Below, in pieces: positions 40,320 to 50,597 of a stretch of DNA of 64,000 nucleotides. The DNA is from Candidatus Krumholzibacteriia bacterium (lineage in GTDB: Bacteria; Krumholzibacteriota; Krumholzibacteriia; LZORAL124-64-63), in NCBI GenBank assembly GCA_050174015.1, contig JBFXKG010000003.1, positions 64,001 through 128,000 of the forward strand, read 5' to 3'. The position numbers were made by a program, and so were the translations under genes. Position 1 is the stretch's first letter, and each line of letters opens with the position of its first letter. The notes under the pieces were generated by a model that was given only the letters and a program-made list of their open reading frames with translations, made no database searches and was not told where the DNA came from.

Positions 40320-42676
40320 TTCAGGCGCACGCGGTTGAATCCCCGGCCCATGAGCGCCGCCCACTGGCGCAAGGAATGGCCCGCGGTTTCCCCGTTATGG
40401 TCGATCCAGCGGGCGATGACCGCCTGGTCCGTTGCCGTTCCTTCCTCGTTGTCCGGTGCGGCGACCGCCCTGGCGGCCAGGGCCGCGACGTAGGGGCTGT
40501 CCACCATTGCGTCGCCTGCGAGGATGCGCTCCGCAAGTTCGCGGGCACGGTCGGTTTGCCCAGCCTGTTGATCCGCGAAGAGGAGCATGAGTTCCTCGTC
40601 CGGTTCGAGACCTCTTCCCCAGAACCCGCCAAGGACTTCCCGGGTGCCTTCGATGTTCCCCAGATCGAGCCTGGCCAGGGCCACCAGCTTGCGCAGGTAG
40701 GGTGAGGGGTTGTCGCGGTAGGTCGACTCCCAGGCTTTGCACAGCTCACCGAGCTGGTCTGGGGTGGTGAAGCCCGCGGCCCCCTTGCCGAGGAATCCCG
40801 TCAATTCCCTTTCGAGATGATCGAGCAGCAGGTCGGGCGGGATCTCGGCCACCACGTCGGGGGGCAGCGTCGCCCCCGGACCGTCGGCCAGGGCCAGGGC
40901 CTCGTGTTCCAGGGGGGAGGAGCCTTCCTCGCGCAAGGCGGCCGCGGCGGTCTGGAGCAGACGGCGGGTATCCTGGTTTTCGGGATCCAGGCGCCAGGCC
41001 CGATCAAGGTCGGCGACCGCCTCCTCGTACTGTTTCATCTGCAGGAAAAGGAGTCCGAGGTTGTAGTGCCCGACGAGGGAACCCGGTTCGATGATCAGTG
41101 CCCTGGTCATGTCCCTCAAGGCCTGGTCGGTGCGACCGAGCCGGGCCAGGGCGATGCCACGCGACCGCCAGGCCACCGCCGCGGTACTGTCCGTTTGGGT
41201 CGATTCGGTCAGATAGGTCAACGCTCGGCCGTACTCTTCCCTGTCCAGAGCCAGGACCCCAAGCAGCAGACTGGTCCGGGCATCGACCATGTCCCTGGTG
41301 CGGAAGGCGTCGCGGGCCGTTTCCAGTTCCTCACGGGCGGCGGCGAGTTTCCCCTGTCTATAGAAGATGCGACCCCGCAGGGCATGACAGACGTCGTGCA
41401 TCAATCCGCGGCGATCGAGGATTTCGAGGGAGTTGAGCGCCTGGCGCGCGGCAGCCAGCTTGCGGTCGGGAAACAGGGCCAGGGACATGATGTCCATCTG
41501 GGCTGCAACATAGGCGATGGGAGACCCGCCCAGATGGAAACCCGAGCCGTAGCTGAGATAGCAAGGAGCTTCGGCAAGGGGGATGCCAAGGACCAGGGGG
41601 CCCATCAGGTGGATGGAATCGGGATAATAGCCCCGGTAGTCACGGACATCGAAGGCCTCGGCGTAATAAAGGGCGAAATCGGGATCTCCGGCCAGTTCCC
41701 CCACCAGGCCGACATCGTTCCAGAATCTGGAATGGTGAGGCAGGCGAACCGATCCGAGCAGGCTTCTGAGGTGGTTGGGGCGGGGGGATTGTTCGCCCTC
41801 CTCGTTCAGGGTGCGCCCCAGGGACTGCAGGGCCTGGCGAGGGCCGTCCCCCGAGAGGCAGGCCTGCGAACGGATCCAGCGGCTGGCGTAGTCTGAAAGG
41901 ACCAGTTCCTGGCCTTCCCTGAAGTCGCCCGGATTGTTGATCGATCCGTACCTGCGGATCTCGAAAGCCGGCAGACGCACCGCCAGGGCCGTGGCTTCGG
42001 AATACCGGCCGGCCCCGGCCAGCAGCAATCCCTTGACCAGCAGAAGGTCGGGATCGCCGTTTTGGAAGACGAGTCCGGTGTTGACGGCAGCAAGCCCTTC
42101 GTTCCAGCGGGCCAGTTCCCTCAGGGCCCAGCAGCGGTCGCGGTGGATCCGCAGAAGGGTAGCGTGATCAAGTGGTCTGCCGGCCTGGGCTTCGACCGTA
42201 GCCGCAGCCAAGGCCTTGTCCAGGTCGGCCAGAGCGCCCGTGCGGTCCCCGATCTCCAGGCGCAGGTGGCCAAGCCCCGCCCAGGCCTCGGCGAAGGTGG
42301 GATCGAGAGCCACGGCGTTTTCGAGCAGCTTGACGCTCTTGGCCAGACCGATGTGGAGTCCGCGGTTGTCCGGGCTTTGCGAGGCGAGGAACAGGGGCAG
42401 GTCACCCCGGGTTCGCCGCACGGCCGCCAGCTGTTCGAACTCCCGCCAGTAGGAAATGATCTCCTCGGCCTGCCGCCGGCGGGCCTCGAGACGGGGTGCC
42501 GGATGATCGAGAGCCTGCTGCAGGGTCCGCTGGAAGGCCAGGCTGTCCCGGGCGGCCGCCCCTTCGATCTTCTGGGGCTCGATCATGGCCAGATTGACCG
42601 GGTCGGGTCCGGTGGGGGCGCAGCCTGGAAAAAATGGGATGGTGCACAGGGAAAGTACCAGAATTCGGACCTTCAT
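40274..42676 (-). CDS. TPR-repeat lipoprotein
   Basis: Start MKVRIL...PGC with GAGGGG RBS; several TPR units. Confidence 0.75.
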   Translation of the reverse strand: MKVRILVLSLCTIPFFPGCAPTGPDPVNLAMIEPQKIEGAAARDSLAFQRTLQQALDHPAPRLEARRRQAEEIISYWREFEQLAAVRRTRGDLPLFLASQSPDNRGLHIGLAKSVKLLENAVALDPTFAEAWAGLGHLRLEIGDRTGALADLDKALAAATVEAQAGRPLDHATLLRIHRDRCWALRELARWNEGLAAVNTGLVFQNGDPDLLLVKGLLLAGAGRYSEATALAVRLPAFEIRRYGSINNPGDFREGQELVLSDYASRWIRSQACLSGDGPRQALQSLGRTLNEEGEQSPRPNHLRSLLGSVRLPHHSRFWNDVGLVGELAGDPDFALYYAEAFDVRDYRGYYPDSIHLMGPLVLGIPLAEAPCYLSYGSGFHLGGSPIAYVAAQMDIMSLALFPDRKLAAARQALNSLEILDRRGLMHDVCHALRGRIFYRQGKLAAAREELETARDAFRTRDMVDARTSLLLGVLALDREEYGRALTYLTESTQTDSTAAVAWRSRGIALARLGRTDQALRDMTRALIIEPGSLVGHYNLGLLFLQMKQYEEAVADLDRAWRLDPENQDTRRLLQTAAAALREEGSSPLEHEALALADGPGATLPPDVVAEIPPDLLLDHLERELTGFLGKGAAGFTTPDQLGELCKAWESTYRDNPSPYLRKLVALARLDLGNIEGTREVLGGFWGRGLEPDEELMLLFADQQAGQTDRARELAERILAGDAMVDSPYVAALAARAVAAPDNEEGTATDQAVIARWIDHNGETAGHSLRQWAALMGRGFNRVRLNYTVPLDDRPSKASR

Positions 42677-42771
42677 CGGCAACCCCCTCGATTGTCGATC
42701 AGGATAGGGGAACCTGGAGCGGTGATGCAAACGACCACCTTCCCGTCGTGAGGGGGGGCGGCCTCGTCCGC

Positions 42772-44094
42772 TCAGGAGGCCGCCCCTTCGGGAACCCCGT
42801 GGAGCAGGCGCCGGACCATCAGGATGAAGACCCCCGTCAGGGCCAGGTTCAGCGCCAGGGAGAGCATGGCCACGGTGACGACGGGGCCGCCGATCCCGTA
42901 GCTCAGGCTCAGCACCAGCACTCCGGCGCCGACCTCGCCGCGGGGCCACATCCCGATGGCCAGGGCCAGGCGGTGCCGCCAGTGGGCCTCCCGCCGGTAG
43001 CAGAACGCCGGGAACATCTTGCCCAGGTTGCTCAGCAGGGTGATCAGGAGCACGTGGACGGCGATCATGCCCCACCCCAGGTTGGGCTGGGAGGCGGTGA
43101 TGGTGCGCGTGTACCGGTCCTCCGGCTTGCCGCCGTGGATGGCCGGGTCGTCGACGGCGGCGCCGGGGGCGGCGGCGTGCAGGGAGGGGAGGTCGGGAGC
43201 CGGATGCTGGGCGTCCGGGCCGTTGAAGATGGCGGGCATGCTCAATCCCACCAGCACCATGAAGGCGGCGGAGATGACGGTCGCCGCCCGCTGCTCGCCG
43301 GGGCGCTCCAGGACGTGATGGAGGGCGCGCTCGACGTCCGCGGCATCCTCCCCGGGAGCCGAACCGCGCGGGCGGGCCAGGCAGCCGATCACGAAGGCGG
43401 GCAACAGGACCTCGATGTGGATGGGCACCGAGGGATCGATGATCTTGCTGCCGGCGTAGAGGATCTCGCTGACGGCGACGATCATGGCGGCGTAGCCCAG
43501 CACCCAGCCCCAGGTGACGGGCATCCGGACCCGGTGCAGCCAGACGTAGGCCACGACCAGCTGGACCGCCATGATGACCGCGATGAAGCCCAGCTGCCAG
43601 GCCAGCCCCACCATCATCATCTTCGGGGGGATCATCAGCAGGACGGTGTCCAGATCGTCGAAGATGGCCAGGACCCGGGCCTTGCGGAACAGCCAGGTGG
43701 CGCCAAGCCCCGCAGCCGCCAGCATGCTGAACAGCACGCCGGCCGAGGTGGGCGCGGCGAAGCGGCCCGCCAGCAGGGTCTCCTTCCAGGTGTCGGCGCT
43801 GCTCCAGAACTCCTGGGGAATCATGACCAGGACGAAGTACCCCGTGACCAGGATCCAGGGGAACGAGGCGGCGGTGAAGGCCACGACGTAATCCCAGCCG
43901 TAGGAACCGAGTCTGCTCTTGTCGATGTGGAACTCGAATCCCACGTGGATCATGATGAATGCGAGCCCCGTCATGGTCAGGACGCGGACCAGGAAGGAGA
44001 ACCCGTCATGCGTCCCGCCCAGCAGGGAGGGCAGGGCCTGGGACAGGGCCAGCCCGACGAACAGCAGGATGGAGTAGAGCAAGACCTTCTTCAT
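42772..44094 (-). CDS. Cation:proton antiporter (CPA-like)
   Basis: Many TM segments; 'IFDDLD' and 'GMWPRGEVG' motifs. Confidence 0.8.
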   Translation of the reverse strand: MKKVLLYSILLFVGLALSQALPSLLGGTHDGFSFLVRVLTMTGLAFIMIHVGFEFHIDKSRLGSYGWDYVVAFTAASFPWILVTGYFVLVMIPQEFWSSADTWKETLLAGRFAAPTSAGVLFSMLAAAGLGATWLFRKARVLAIFDDLDTVLLMIPPKMMMVGLAWQLGFIAVIMAVQLVVAYVWLHRVRMPVTWGWVLGYAAMIVAVSEILYAGSKIIDPSVPIHIEVLLPAFVIGCLARPRGSAPGEDAADVERALHHVLERPGEQRAATVISAAFMVLVGLSMPAIFNGPDAQHPAPDLPSLHAAAPGAAVDDPAIHGGKPEDRYTRTITASQPNLGWGMIAVHVLLITLLSNLGKMFPAFCYRREAHWRHRLALAIGMWPRGEVGAGVLVLSLSYGIGGPVVTVAMLSLALNLALTGVFILMVRRLLHGVPEGAAS

Positions 44095-44109
44095 GCGGTC
44101 GAACCTCCG

Positions 44110-44739
44110 TCAGGGGGCGGCCGGCAGGCCGTCGAAGAAATCCACCAATCCGGTTTCGAGGGAGTATTCCGCCCCGACGACCACCAGGCCCTCCTCGCGG
44201 ATCAACTGCTCGAGGATCGCCGATCCGTGCCGCAGGTGATCGGCGGAAGCGCGCACGTTGGCGCGGATGACGAGGTCGGCCAGCCGGTCGGAGTCGTCCC
44301 CGAGTTCGGCCAGGGGGATGGACTCCACCACCGGCATGATGCGGCTGACGATGGAGCGGAGGTTGGGGGAACGGGTCTCGGTGGGCCGGCCGAGTTCCTC
44401 CAGGGTCGCCTGGACGGCCCCGCAGCGGGTGTGGCCCAGCACCACCACCAGCCGGGTGCCGTAACGGGCTGCCGCGAACTCGATGCTGCCGACCTGGGAG
44501 GGGGCGACGATGTTGCCCGCCACCCGGATCACGAACAGGTCGCCCAGTCCCTGGTCGAACACAAGTTCCGCAGGAACGCGCGAATCGGAGCAGCCCAGGA
44601 TGATGGCGAAGGGCTCCTGGCCGTCCAGGAGCTCGTCCCGGCGGGCGGGGGTGGCGGGCGACCGGCGTTTCGGCGCGCCCGAAACGAAACGCCGGTTTCC
44701 ATCCCGGAGTCTTGACAGGGCATCTGCAGCAGTGATCAT
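44110..44739 (-). CDS. Beta-class carbonic anhydrase
   Basis: GCSDSRV, RVAGN, GHTRCGAV. Confidence 0.92.
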   Translation of the reverse strand: MITAADALSRLRDGNRRFVSGAPKRRSPATPARRDELLDGQEPFAIILGCSDSRVPAELVFDQGLGDLFVIRVAGNIVAPSQVGSIEFAAARYGTRLVVVLGHTRCGAVQATLEELGRPTETRSPNLRSIVSRIMPVVESIPLAELGDDSDRLADLVIRANVRASADHLRHGSAILEQLIREEGLVVVGAEYSLETGLVDFFDGLPAAP

Positions 44740-45156
44740 CGGGTCGGCTCCCGGAAGCGGAGGTGGGGTGGGAAATTATCTTTGAGCATTAAATACCAAT
44801 TCGAGTCCTCCCGCCAACCATTCGCCGGAATTTTGATCAGACTCCTGGATCTTGCGGCAGGGGGCTCAAAAAAAAGAGCATTGCTTGAAATTTGATCAAT
44901 AATTGGAGACAAGGTTCACGAAAATGTGAATGTAAAGGTCTTGTGACGGCATTTTGAGCCCTGATAGACTCAGCCTTGGCTGGACAGGGTCGACCGACGG
45001 CCTTCCAGCCGCAGCTTCACCCGCTGCGACCATCATACCCGTTCGGAACAGCATCGACCAAGGAGGTGGCCATCGGCTGTGGCGGCTACGTGCTGCCGCA
45101 GGCCTCAGGGTTTTCTGTTTTTCTCGCCGACCAGAAAACAAACCGAGGGAGTAGAC

Positions 45157-48100
45157 ATGATAAGAATGACCAACGCACGCCTCGGCGTGCTCGTCCTGGT
45201 ATCCATGATCCTGGCGGCAGGTGCGGCCATGGCGCAGGAACCGGGAGCGCTTCGTCCCTTCGCACCGGTCCAGGAAGGGTTCGCGCCCTCCGCCCCCCAC
45301 GAACTTCCCTACCATCCCGAGCGTATCCTAATCAAGTTCAAGTCCGAATCCCTCGAGGGGTCCGGTCTCGACATCGCCCAGGAGAAAGGGGCCCTCGTAC
45401 CCGGCGCCCGCACGGGGATCGTCTCGGTGGACGCCCTGTGTGACGCGGCCGGGGTCAAGCGCATCAGCCGTCCCTGGATCGCCGTGAAGAAGGCCAACCT
45501 GGCCAACGAACTGGGTCTGGACCTGTGGTACATGCTGGAGACCGACGGGGGCCAGGATGCCCTGGATCTCGCCCGACGATTCTCACGCGATCCCAGCGTC
45601 GCCGAGGCGACCGTCGACTGGCGGGCCTTCCCCGCCGCGGTGCCCAGTGATCCCATGCACTACCTGAACTGGGGCCACAACAACACCGCCCAGATGCTCA
45701 GCTACGACTGGTCCACCCACAGCCACGAGAACGGATCGCCGGTGGGCACCGTGGGCTTCGACGCCAACGCCCATGCCGCCTGGGACAACGCCCAGGGCTA
45801 TGGCAACAGCGGCATCGTCGTCGCCATCATCGACAGCGGCGTGGAGGCGGGGCATCCCGACCTGCGCCAGGTCGCGGGCTACGACTACGGCGACAACGAT
45901 TCCAATGCCGACGACAACTCCTCCAGCCCCGGCCACGGCACCGCCTGTGCCGGCGTGGCCGCCGCCATGGTGAACAACGGCCTGGGGACCGCCGGCGTCG
46001 CCGGCGGTTGCAGCATCATGCCCCTGAAGGTGGCCAACAGCGCCGGCTCGATGTACTTCTCGTCCATCCAGAACGCCCTGTACCATGCCGCGGACAACGG
46101 CGCGGAAATCGCAAGCATGAGCCTCGGCGCCGCCATCAGTTCCGACTCGGCCACCGACGCCGCCCTGGCCTACGCGTACAACGCGGGGGTGACCCTGCTG
46201 GCCGCCACCGGCAACGAGAACGCCTCGACGATCAGCTATCCGGCCATCAACCAGTACGTGATCGCCGTCGGCGCCGCCTCGCCCTGCGGTGACCGCAAGC
46301 GGTCATCCAGCAGCAGCACCGAGGTGAACCCCGGCGTGAGCACGGACCCCAACGGGTACACCTGCGATGGGGAGCGCTGGTGGGGATCCAACTACGGGAC
46401 GACGACCCAGGGCGCCGCCTCCGCCGTGGACGTCATCGCTCCGACGATCCTGCCGACCACCGACCTGCTGGGATCGGCTGGCTATGACAGCAGCGACTAC
46501 AGCAAGTGGTTCAACGGCACGTCGTGCGCGACGCCGTACGCCGCGGGCGTTGCCGCCCTGGTCAAGGCGGGCAATCCGTCGTTCACCCCGGCCCAGATCC
46601 GCGACCGCCTCCGCAGCACCGCGCAGGACATCGTCAACGTGGAATCCGGTTCGGGCTGGGACCGCTACACCGGCTACGGCATGATCGACGCGGCGGCGGC
46701 CACCGGCGGCGGCACCACGCCCACCGACGCGCTGACGGTGACCTATCCCGACGGCGGCGAGACCCTCACCGCAGGGGACGTGGCCACCATCACCTGGAGC
46801 TGGACGGGCACCTTCACCACCGTCGCCATCGAGTACAGCCTCAACGGCGGTTCGACCTGGTCGTTCATCACGTCCTCGACCACCAACGACGGCTCCTACG
46901 GCTGGACCGTCCCGACCAGCGCGACCACCCAGGCGCGGATCCGCATCACCGGCGGCACCGCCCAGGACGCGAGCGACAGCAACTTCACCATCGACGTGCC
47001 CTCGGCCGGCGGTTACGCCACCCTGCCCTACAGCGCGGGCTTCGAGGGGGGCGCCGTCGACCAGTACTGGACCACCGCATCGACCAACGTGGGCCGGGTC
47101 CTGGTCACGACGGCCAACACGCCCCATGGCGGCAGCTACCACCTGACCATGGACAGCGCCACCAACGGCACCTACTGCCTGAACGAGGCCTGGCTGCACC
47201 TGGACCTCTCGGGCCAGAGCCAGGTCGAACTCGCCTTCTGGTGGAAGGATTTCGGGGACGAGACCCACAGCCAGGACGGGGTGTACTTCTCGAGCAACGG
47301 CGGCAGCACGTTCGTCAAGGTCCAGGACCTCAACGGCGCCAGCTACTCGAACAACGTCTGGCGCCAGTTCGCCCTGGACGTGGACGCCCTGGCGGCGGCC
47401 AACGGTCTGTCGCTGAGCGGCACCTTCGTGGTGAAGTTCCAGCAGTACGACAACTACCAGATCGCCACCGACGGCTTCGCCTTCGACGACGTCAGCGTGG
47501 CCGGATCGACGCCGCCCGCCGACGCCGTGACTGTGACCTACCCCAACGGCGGGGAGACCCTGACCGGCGGCGGATCGGCCAACATCACCTGGACCTCCGC
47601 GGGCACGTTCACCACCGTGAACATCGACTACTCGACCAACGGCGGCACGAGCTGGACCTCGATCGTGACCGGGACGGCCAACGACGGTTCGTACACCTGG
47701 TCGGTGCCGGCAGCGGCCACGACCCAGGGCCGCGTCCGGGTCTCCGGAGGATCGGTCAGCGACACGAGCAACGCGAATTTCACCATCGAGTACAGCCCGC
47801 CCACCGGCGACTACGCCACCCTGCCCTACAGCACGGGCTTCGAGGGCGGAGCGGTCGACCAGTACTGGACCACCGCCTCCACGGCCGTGGGCCGGGTCCT
47901 GGTGACGACGTCCTACACGCCTCACGGCGGCAGCTACCACCTGACGATGGACAGCGCCACCAACGGCACCTACAGCCTGAACGAGGCCGTGCTGCACCTG
48001 GACCTGGCCGGCGAGTCCCAGGTCGACCTTTCCTTCTGGTGGAAGGAATTCGGCGACGAGACCCACAGCCAGGACGGGGTTTACTTCTCGGACAACGACG

Positions 48101-48990
48101 GCGCCAGCTACGTCAAGGTCCAGAACCTCAACGGCGCCAGCTACAGCAACCAGACCTGGAACCAGTTCACCCTGGACGTCGACGCGCTGGCGGCGGCAAA
48201 CGGCCTGACCCTCGGTTCGACCTTCCTGGTGAAGTTCCAGCAGTACGACAACTACGTCATCTCCACCGACGGGTTCGCGTTCGACGACGTCTCGGTGACG
48301 GTGGGCGGCGGCGGAGGCGGCGGATCGGCCATCACCGCCGAGACCGAACCCAACGGCAACACCGCCTCGTCGAACGGGCCCGTCGGCGACGGCGTGGCCG
48401 TGAGCGGGGCCCTGACCTCGAGCACGGACGACGATTACTTCTGGTTCGACGTCACCACCGCCGGGAACATCAACATCAGCGTGGCCATCGGCGGCAGCGC
48501 CGACCTCGACTGGTACCTGTACAACAGCGCCGGCACCCAGGTGGATCGCGGCTATACGGTCAGCAATCCGGAAGCGGGCAGCTACACCGCCTCGGTGGGG
48601 CGCTATTACCTGCGGGTCGATGGTTACCTCGGAGCCACCAGCAGCTACACCTTGACCGTGACGGGCGGCCTGGCGCCCCTGGCCGAGGCTCCGGAAAAGG
48701 TCGATCTGCCCCGGGCCTTCAGCCTGAAGCAGAACGCGCCGAACCCGTTCAACCCGGCGACGACCATCAGGTTCGACATCCCGAAGACCAGCCCGGTCAA
48801 GCTGTGCATCTACGACCAGCGGGGCCGCCTGGTGCGGACCCTGGTGGACCAGGTGATGCCCGCCGGGTCCCAGTCGGTGATGTGGAACGGCCTGGATGAC
48901 GCCGGACGGCGGGTCACCTCGGGCGTCTACCTGTACCTGATCCAGGCGGACGGATTCCGCGACACGAAGAAGATGACCCTCTTGAAGTAG
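45157..48990 (+). CDS. Secreted S8 peptidase with a duplicated Ig + jelly-roll module, PPC domain and FlgD-Ig tail
   Basis: IIDSG, HGTACAG, GTSCATP; repeat units start at 46726 and 47521 (795-nt period). Confidence 0.9.
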   Translation: MIRMTNARLGVLVLVSMILAAGAAMAQEPGALRPFAPVQEGFAPSAPHELPYHPERILIKFKSESLEGSGLDIAQEKGALVPGARTGIVSVDALCDAAGVKRISRPWIAVKKANLANELGLDLWYMLETDGGQDALDLARRFSRDPSVAEATVDWRAFPAAVPSDPMHYLNWGHNNTAQMLSYDWSTHSHENGSPVGTVGFDANAHAAWDNAQGYGNSGIVVAIIDSGVEAGHPDLRQVAGYDYGDNDSNADDNSSSPGHGTACAGVAAAMVNNGLGTAGVAGGCSIMPLKVANSAGSMYFSSIQNALYHAADNGAEIASMSLGAAISSDSATDAALAYAYNAGVTLLAATGNENASTISYPAINQYVIAVGAASPCGDRKRSSSSSTEVNPGVSTDPNGYTCDGERWWGSNYGTTTQGAASAVDVIAPTILPTTDLLGSAGYDSSDYSKWFNGTSCATPYAAGVAALVKAGNPSFTPAQIRDRLRSTAQDIVNVESGSGWDRYTGYGMIDAAAATGGGTTPTDALTVTYPDGGETLTAGDVATITWSWTGTFTTVAIEYSLNGGSTWSFITSSTTNDGSYGWTVPTSATTQARIRITGGTAQDASDSNFTIDVPSAGGYATLPYSAGFEGGAVDQYWTTASTNVGRVLVTTANTPHGGSYHLTMDSATNGTYCLNEAWLHLDLSGQSQVELAFWWKDFGDETHSQDGVYFSSNGGSTFVKVQDLNGASYSNNVWRQFALDVDALAAANGLSLSGTFVVKFQQYDNYQIATDGFAFDDVSVAGSTPPADAVTVTYPNGGETLTGGGSANITWTSAGTFTTVNIDYSTNGGTSWTSIVTGTANDGSYTWSVPAAATTQGRVRVSGGSVSDTSNANFTIEYSPPTGDYATLPYSTGFEGGAVDQYWTTASTAVGRVLVTTSYTPHGGSYHLTMDSATNGTYSLNEAVLHLDLAGESQVDLSFWWKEFGDETHSQDGVYFSDNDGASYVKVQNLNGASYSNQTWNQFTLDVDALAAANGLTLGSTFLVKFQQYDNYVISTDGFAFDDVSVTVGGGGGGGSAITAETEPNGNTASSNGPVGDGVAVSGALTSSTDDDYFWFDVTTAGNINISVAIGGSADLDWYLYNSAGTQVDRGYTVSNPEAGSYTASVGRYYLRVDGYLGATSSYTLTVTGGLAPLAEAPEKVDLPRAFSLKQNAPNPFNPATTIRFDIPKTSPVKLCIYDQRGRLVRTLVDQVMPAGSQSVMWNGLDDAGRRVTSGVYLYLIQADGFRDTKKMTLLK

Positions 48991-49011
48991 AGGCTTCGAC
49001 GAGCCTCGCCC

Positions 49012-49051
49012 GCGGCCGCCGCGTTCCCCCGGGGATGCGGCGGCTGTGTTT
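49012..49051 (+). terminator. Probable intrinsic terminator
   Basis: GCGGCCGCCGCGTTCCC...GGGATGCGGCGGCTGT then GTTT. Confidence 0.55.
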
Positions 49052-49150
49052 CAGCCGGATGGCGGCAATGCGGGAATCATTGCCTCATGACTCGCCGCGG
49101 GTGTACCATGGGTTCTCCGGTTACCTTGCACTCCAACCGCTCGAGGCGCC

Positions 49151-49765
49151 ATGAACCGAACGCACCGGTTCCGTGCAGGGATCGCCCTTGCGACCCTCGT
49201 CCTATTCTCGTCCGTGAACGCCTTTTCCGGCGATTCCCTCGAGGATCCTGCGACCGCCCTGATCATCGTCGACATCCAGGACTTCTACTTCCCGGGGGGC
49301 GCCCTGCCGCTTGTCGATCCGGAGCCCGCGGCGGCCGCCGCAGCTCGCGTGCTGGACAGGTTCCGGGACCACGGACAGCCCGTCGTTCACGTCGGACACA
49401 ACGCACCGCGCGGCAAGGGGTTCTACGATGCTGTAGCTCCCCTGCCGGGAGAGATGCTGATCTTCAAGGACGAGGTCAACGCCTTCAAGGGCACGGCGCT
49501 GGAGTTCTGGCTGAGGGAGCAGCGGATCAGGCGGGTCGTGATCTGCGGCATGCAGACCCACATGTGCGCCGAGGCCGCCGTTCGCGAGGCATCGGACCTG
49601 GGCTTCGAGGTCGTCATGATCGCGGACGCCTGCGCCACCCGGGACCTGACCTTCGGCGACCGCACGGTTCCGGCGGCCGCGGTCCACGCCGCGACCCTGG
49701 CCACCCTGGACCGGGTCTACGCCACGGTGATGACGGCGGACGAGTTCCTGGCGGCCCATCCCTGA
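49151..49765 (+). CDS. Isochorismatase-family cysteine hydrolase with signal peptide
   Basis: IIVDIQ (Asp), FK..VNAF (Lys), GMQTHMC (Cys). Confidence 0.85.
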   Translation: MNRTHRFRAGIALATLVLFSSVNAFSGDSLEDPATALIIVDIQDFYFPGGALPLVDPEPAAAAAARVLDRFRDHGQPVVHVGHNAPRGKGFYDAVAPLPGEMLIFKDEVNAFKGTALEFWLREQRIRRVVICGMQTHMCAEAAVREASDLGFEVVMIADACATRDLTFGDRTVPAAAVHAATLATLDRVYATVMTADEFLAAHP

Positions 49766-49930
49766 TCGGTGTCCGCTGCGTCCGGGGCGCTGCCGACGGG
49801 ATATTCCGTTCCCCGTCCCCACGCACCCTGTGCTAGGATTCCCGGACCGGCCGGCGGGTTGTTCCCCGGCCGCTTTCACGATCCCGGGGGACCGGGTGGG
49901 CAGGGGACGGTGCGGAACAGGGAGGGGACC

Positions 49931-50539
49931 GTGACGCGGGGTGGCGGCGAGGGCGGCGATGGAGGCGAGCGCTCCCTGGTCGAGGGTCTGCAGGCGCATG
50001 ATCCGGCGGCCCGGACGGAGTTCTTCCACAAGGCGCACCACGCAGTCCATGCCCACGCCCGCCGGTTGACCCCGGACCCGGACCTGCAGAGGGACTGGGC
50101 CCACGACGCGCTCCTGCGCCTGGTCGAGGACGTGGAGCAAGGCCGTTTCGTCTACCGGGGGCCGGGTTCCTTCTGGGGCTGGTTCAGGGTCCGGGCTCCC
50201 TTCCTCCTGCTCGATTCCCTGCGGATCCGCAGGCGCCTGGAGGCGAGGGAAGGCCCCGGGAACGGAGAGGGCGACGAGTCCGCCGATGCCGTCGGGCTCG
50301 ACGATCCCTCCCTCGACCTGGAACGCCTCGAGATCCTGCACGCCGTCGAGACCTGCCTGCTGGCCATCGCCCACCAGGACCAGCGCCGGGCGCTCGACCT
50401 CCTGCTCTTCCACGACCTGACCTACGAGCAGATCGCCGAGGCCCTGGGCATCCCTCTCAACACCGTCCGCACCGACATCCGCCGCGGACGCCTCGCCCTG
50501 CGGGAGTGCCTGGTGCGGCGGCTGGAACTGGACCGATGA
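49931..50539 (+). CDS. ECF RNA polymerase sigma factor
   Basis: Region 2 'SFWGWF'; region 4 'LTYEQIAEALGIPLNTVRTDIRRGR'; GTG start after GGAGGGG. Confidence 0.85.
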   Translation: MTRGGGEGGDGGERSLVEGLQAHDPAARTEFFHKAHHAVHAHARRLTPDPDLQRDWAHDALLRLVEDVEQGRFVYRGPGSFWGWFRVRAPFLLLDSLRIRRRLEAREGPGNGEGDESADAVGLDDPSLDLERLEILHAVETCLLAIAHQDQRRALDLLLFHDLTYEQIAEALGIPLNTVRTDIRRGRLALRECLVRRLELDR

Positions 50540-50548
50540 ACGTTCGGC

Positions 50549-50577
50549 ATGAAACTCACGGGATCCCCGGTTCCGTC
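50549..50577 (+). promoter_or_regulatory. Putative ECF promoter before the anti-sigma gene
   Basis: ATGAAACT-N17-CGTC; same motif and spacing at 54204. Confidence 0.5.
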
Positions 50578-50597
50578 TTCAGGGCGGAGGTGCGGTG

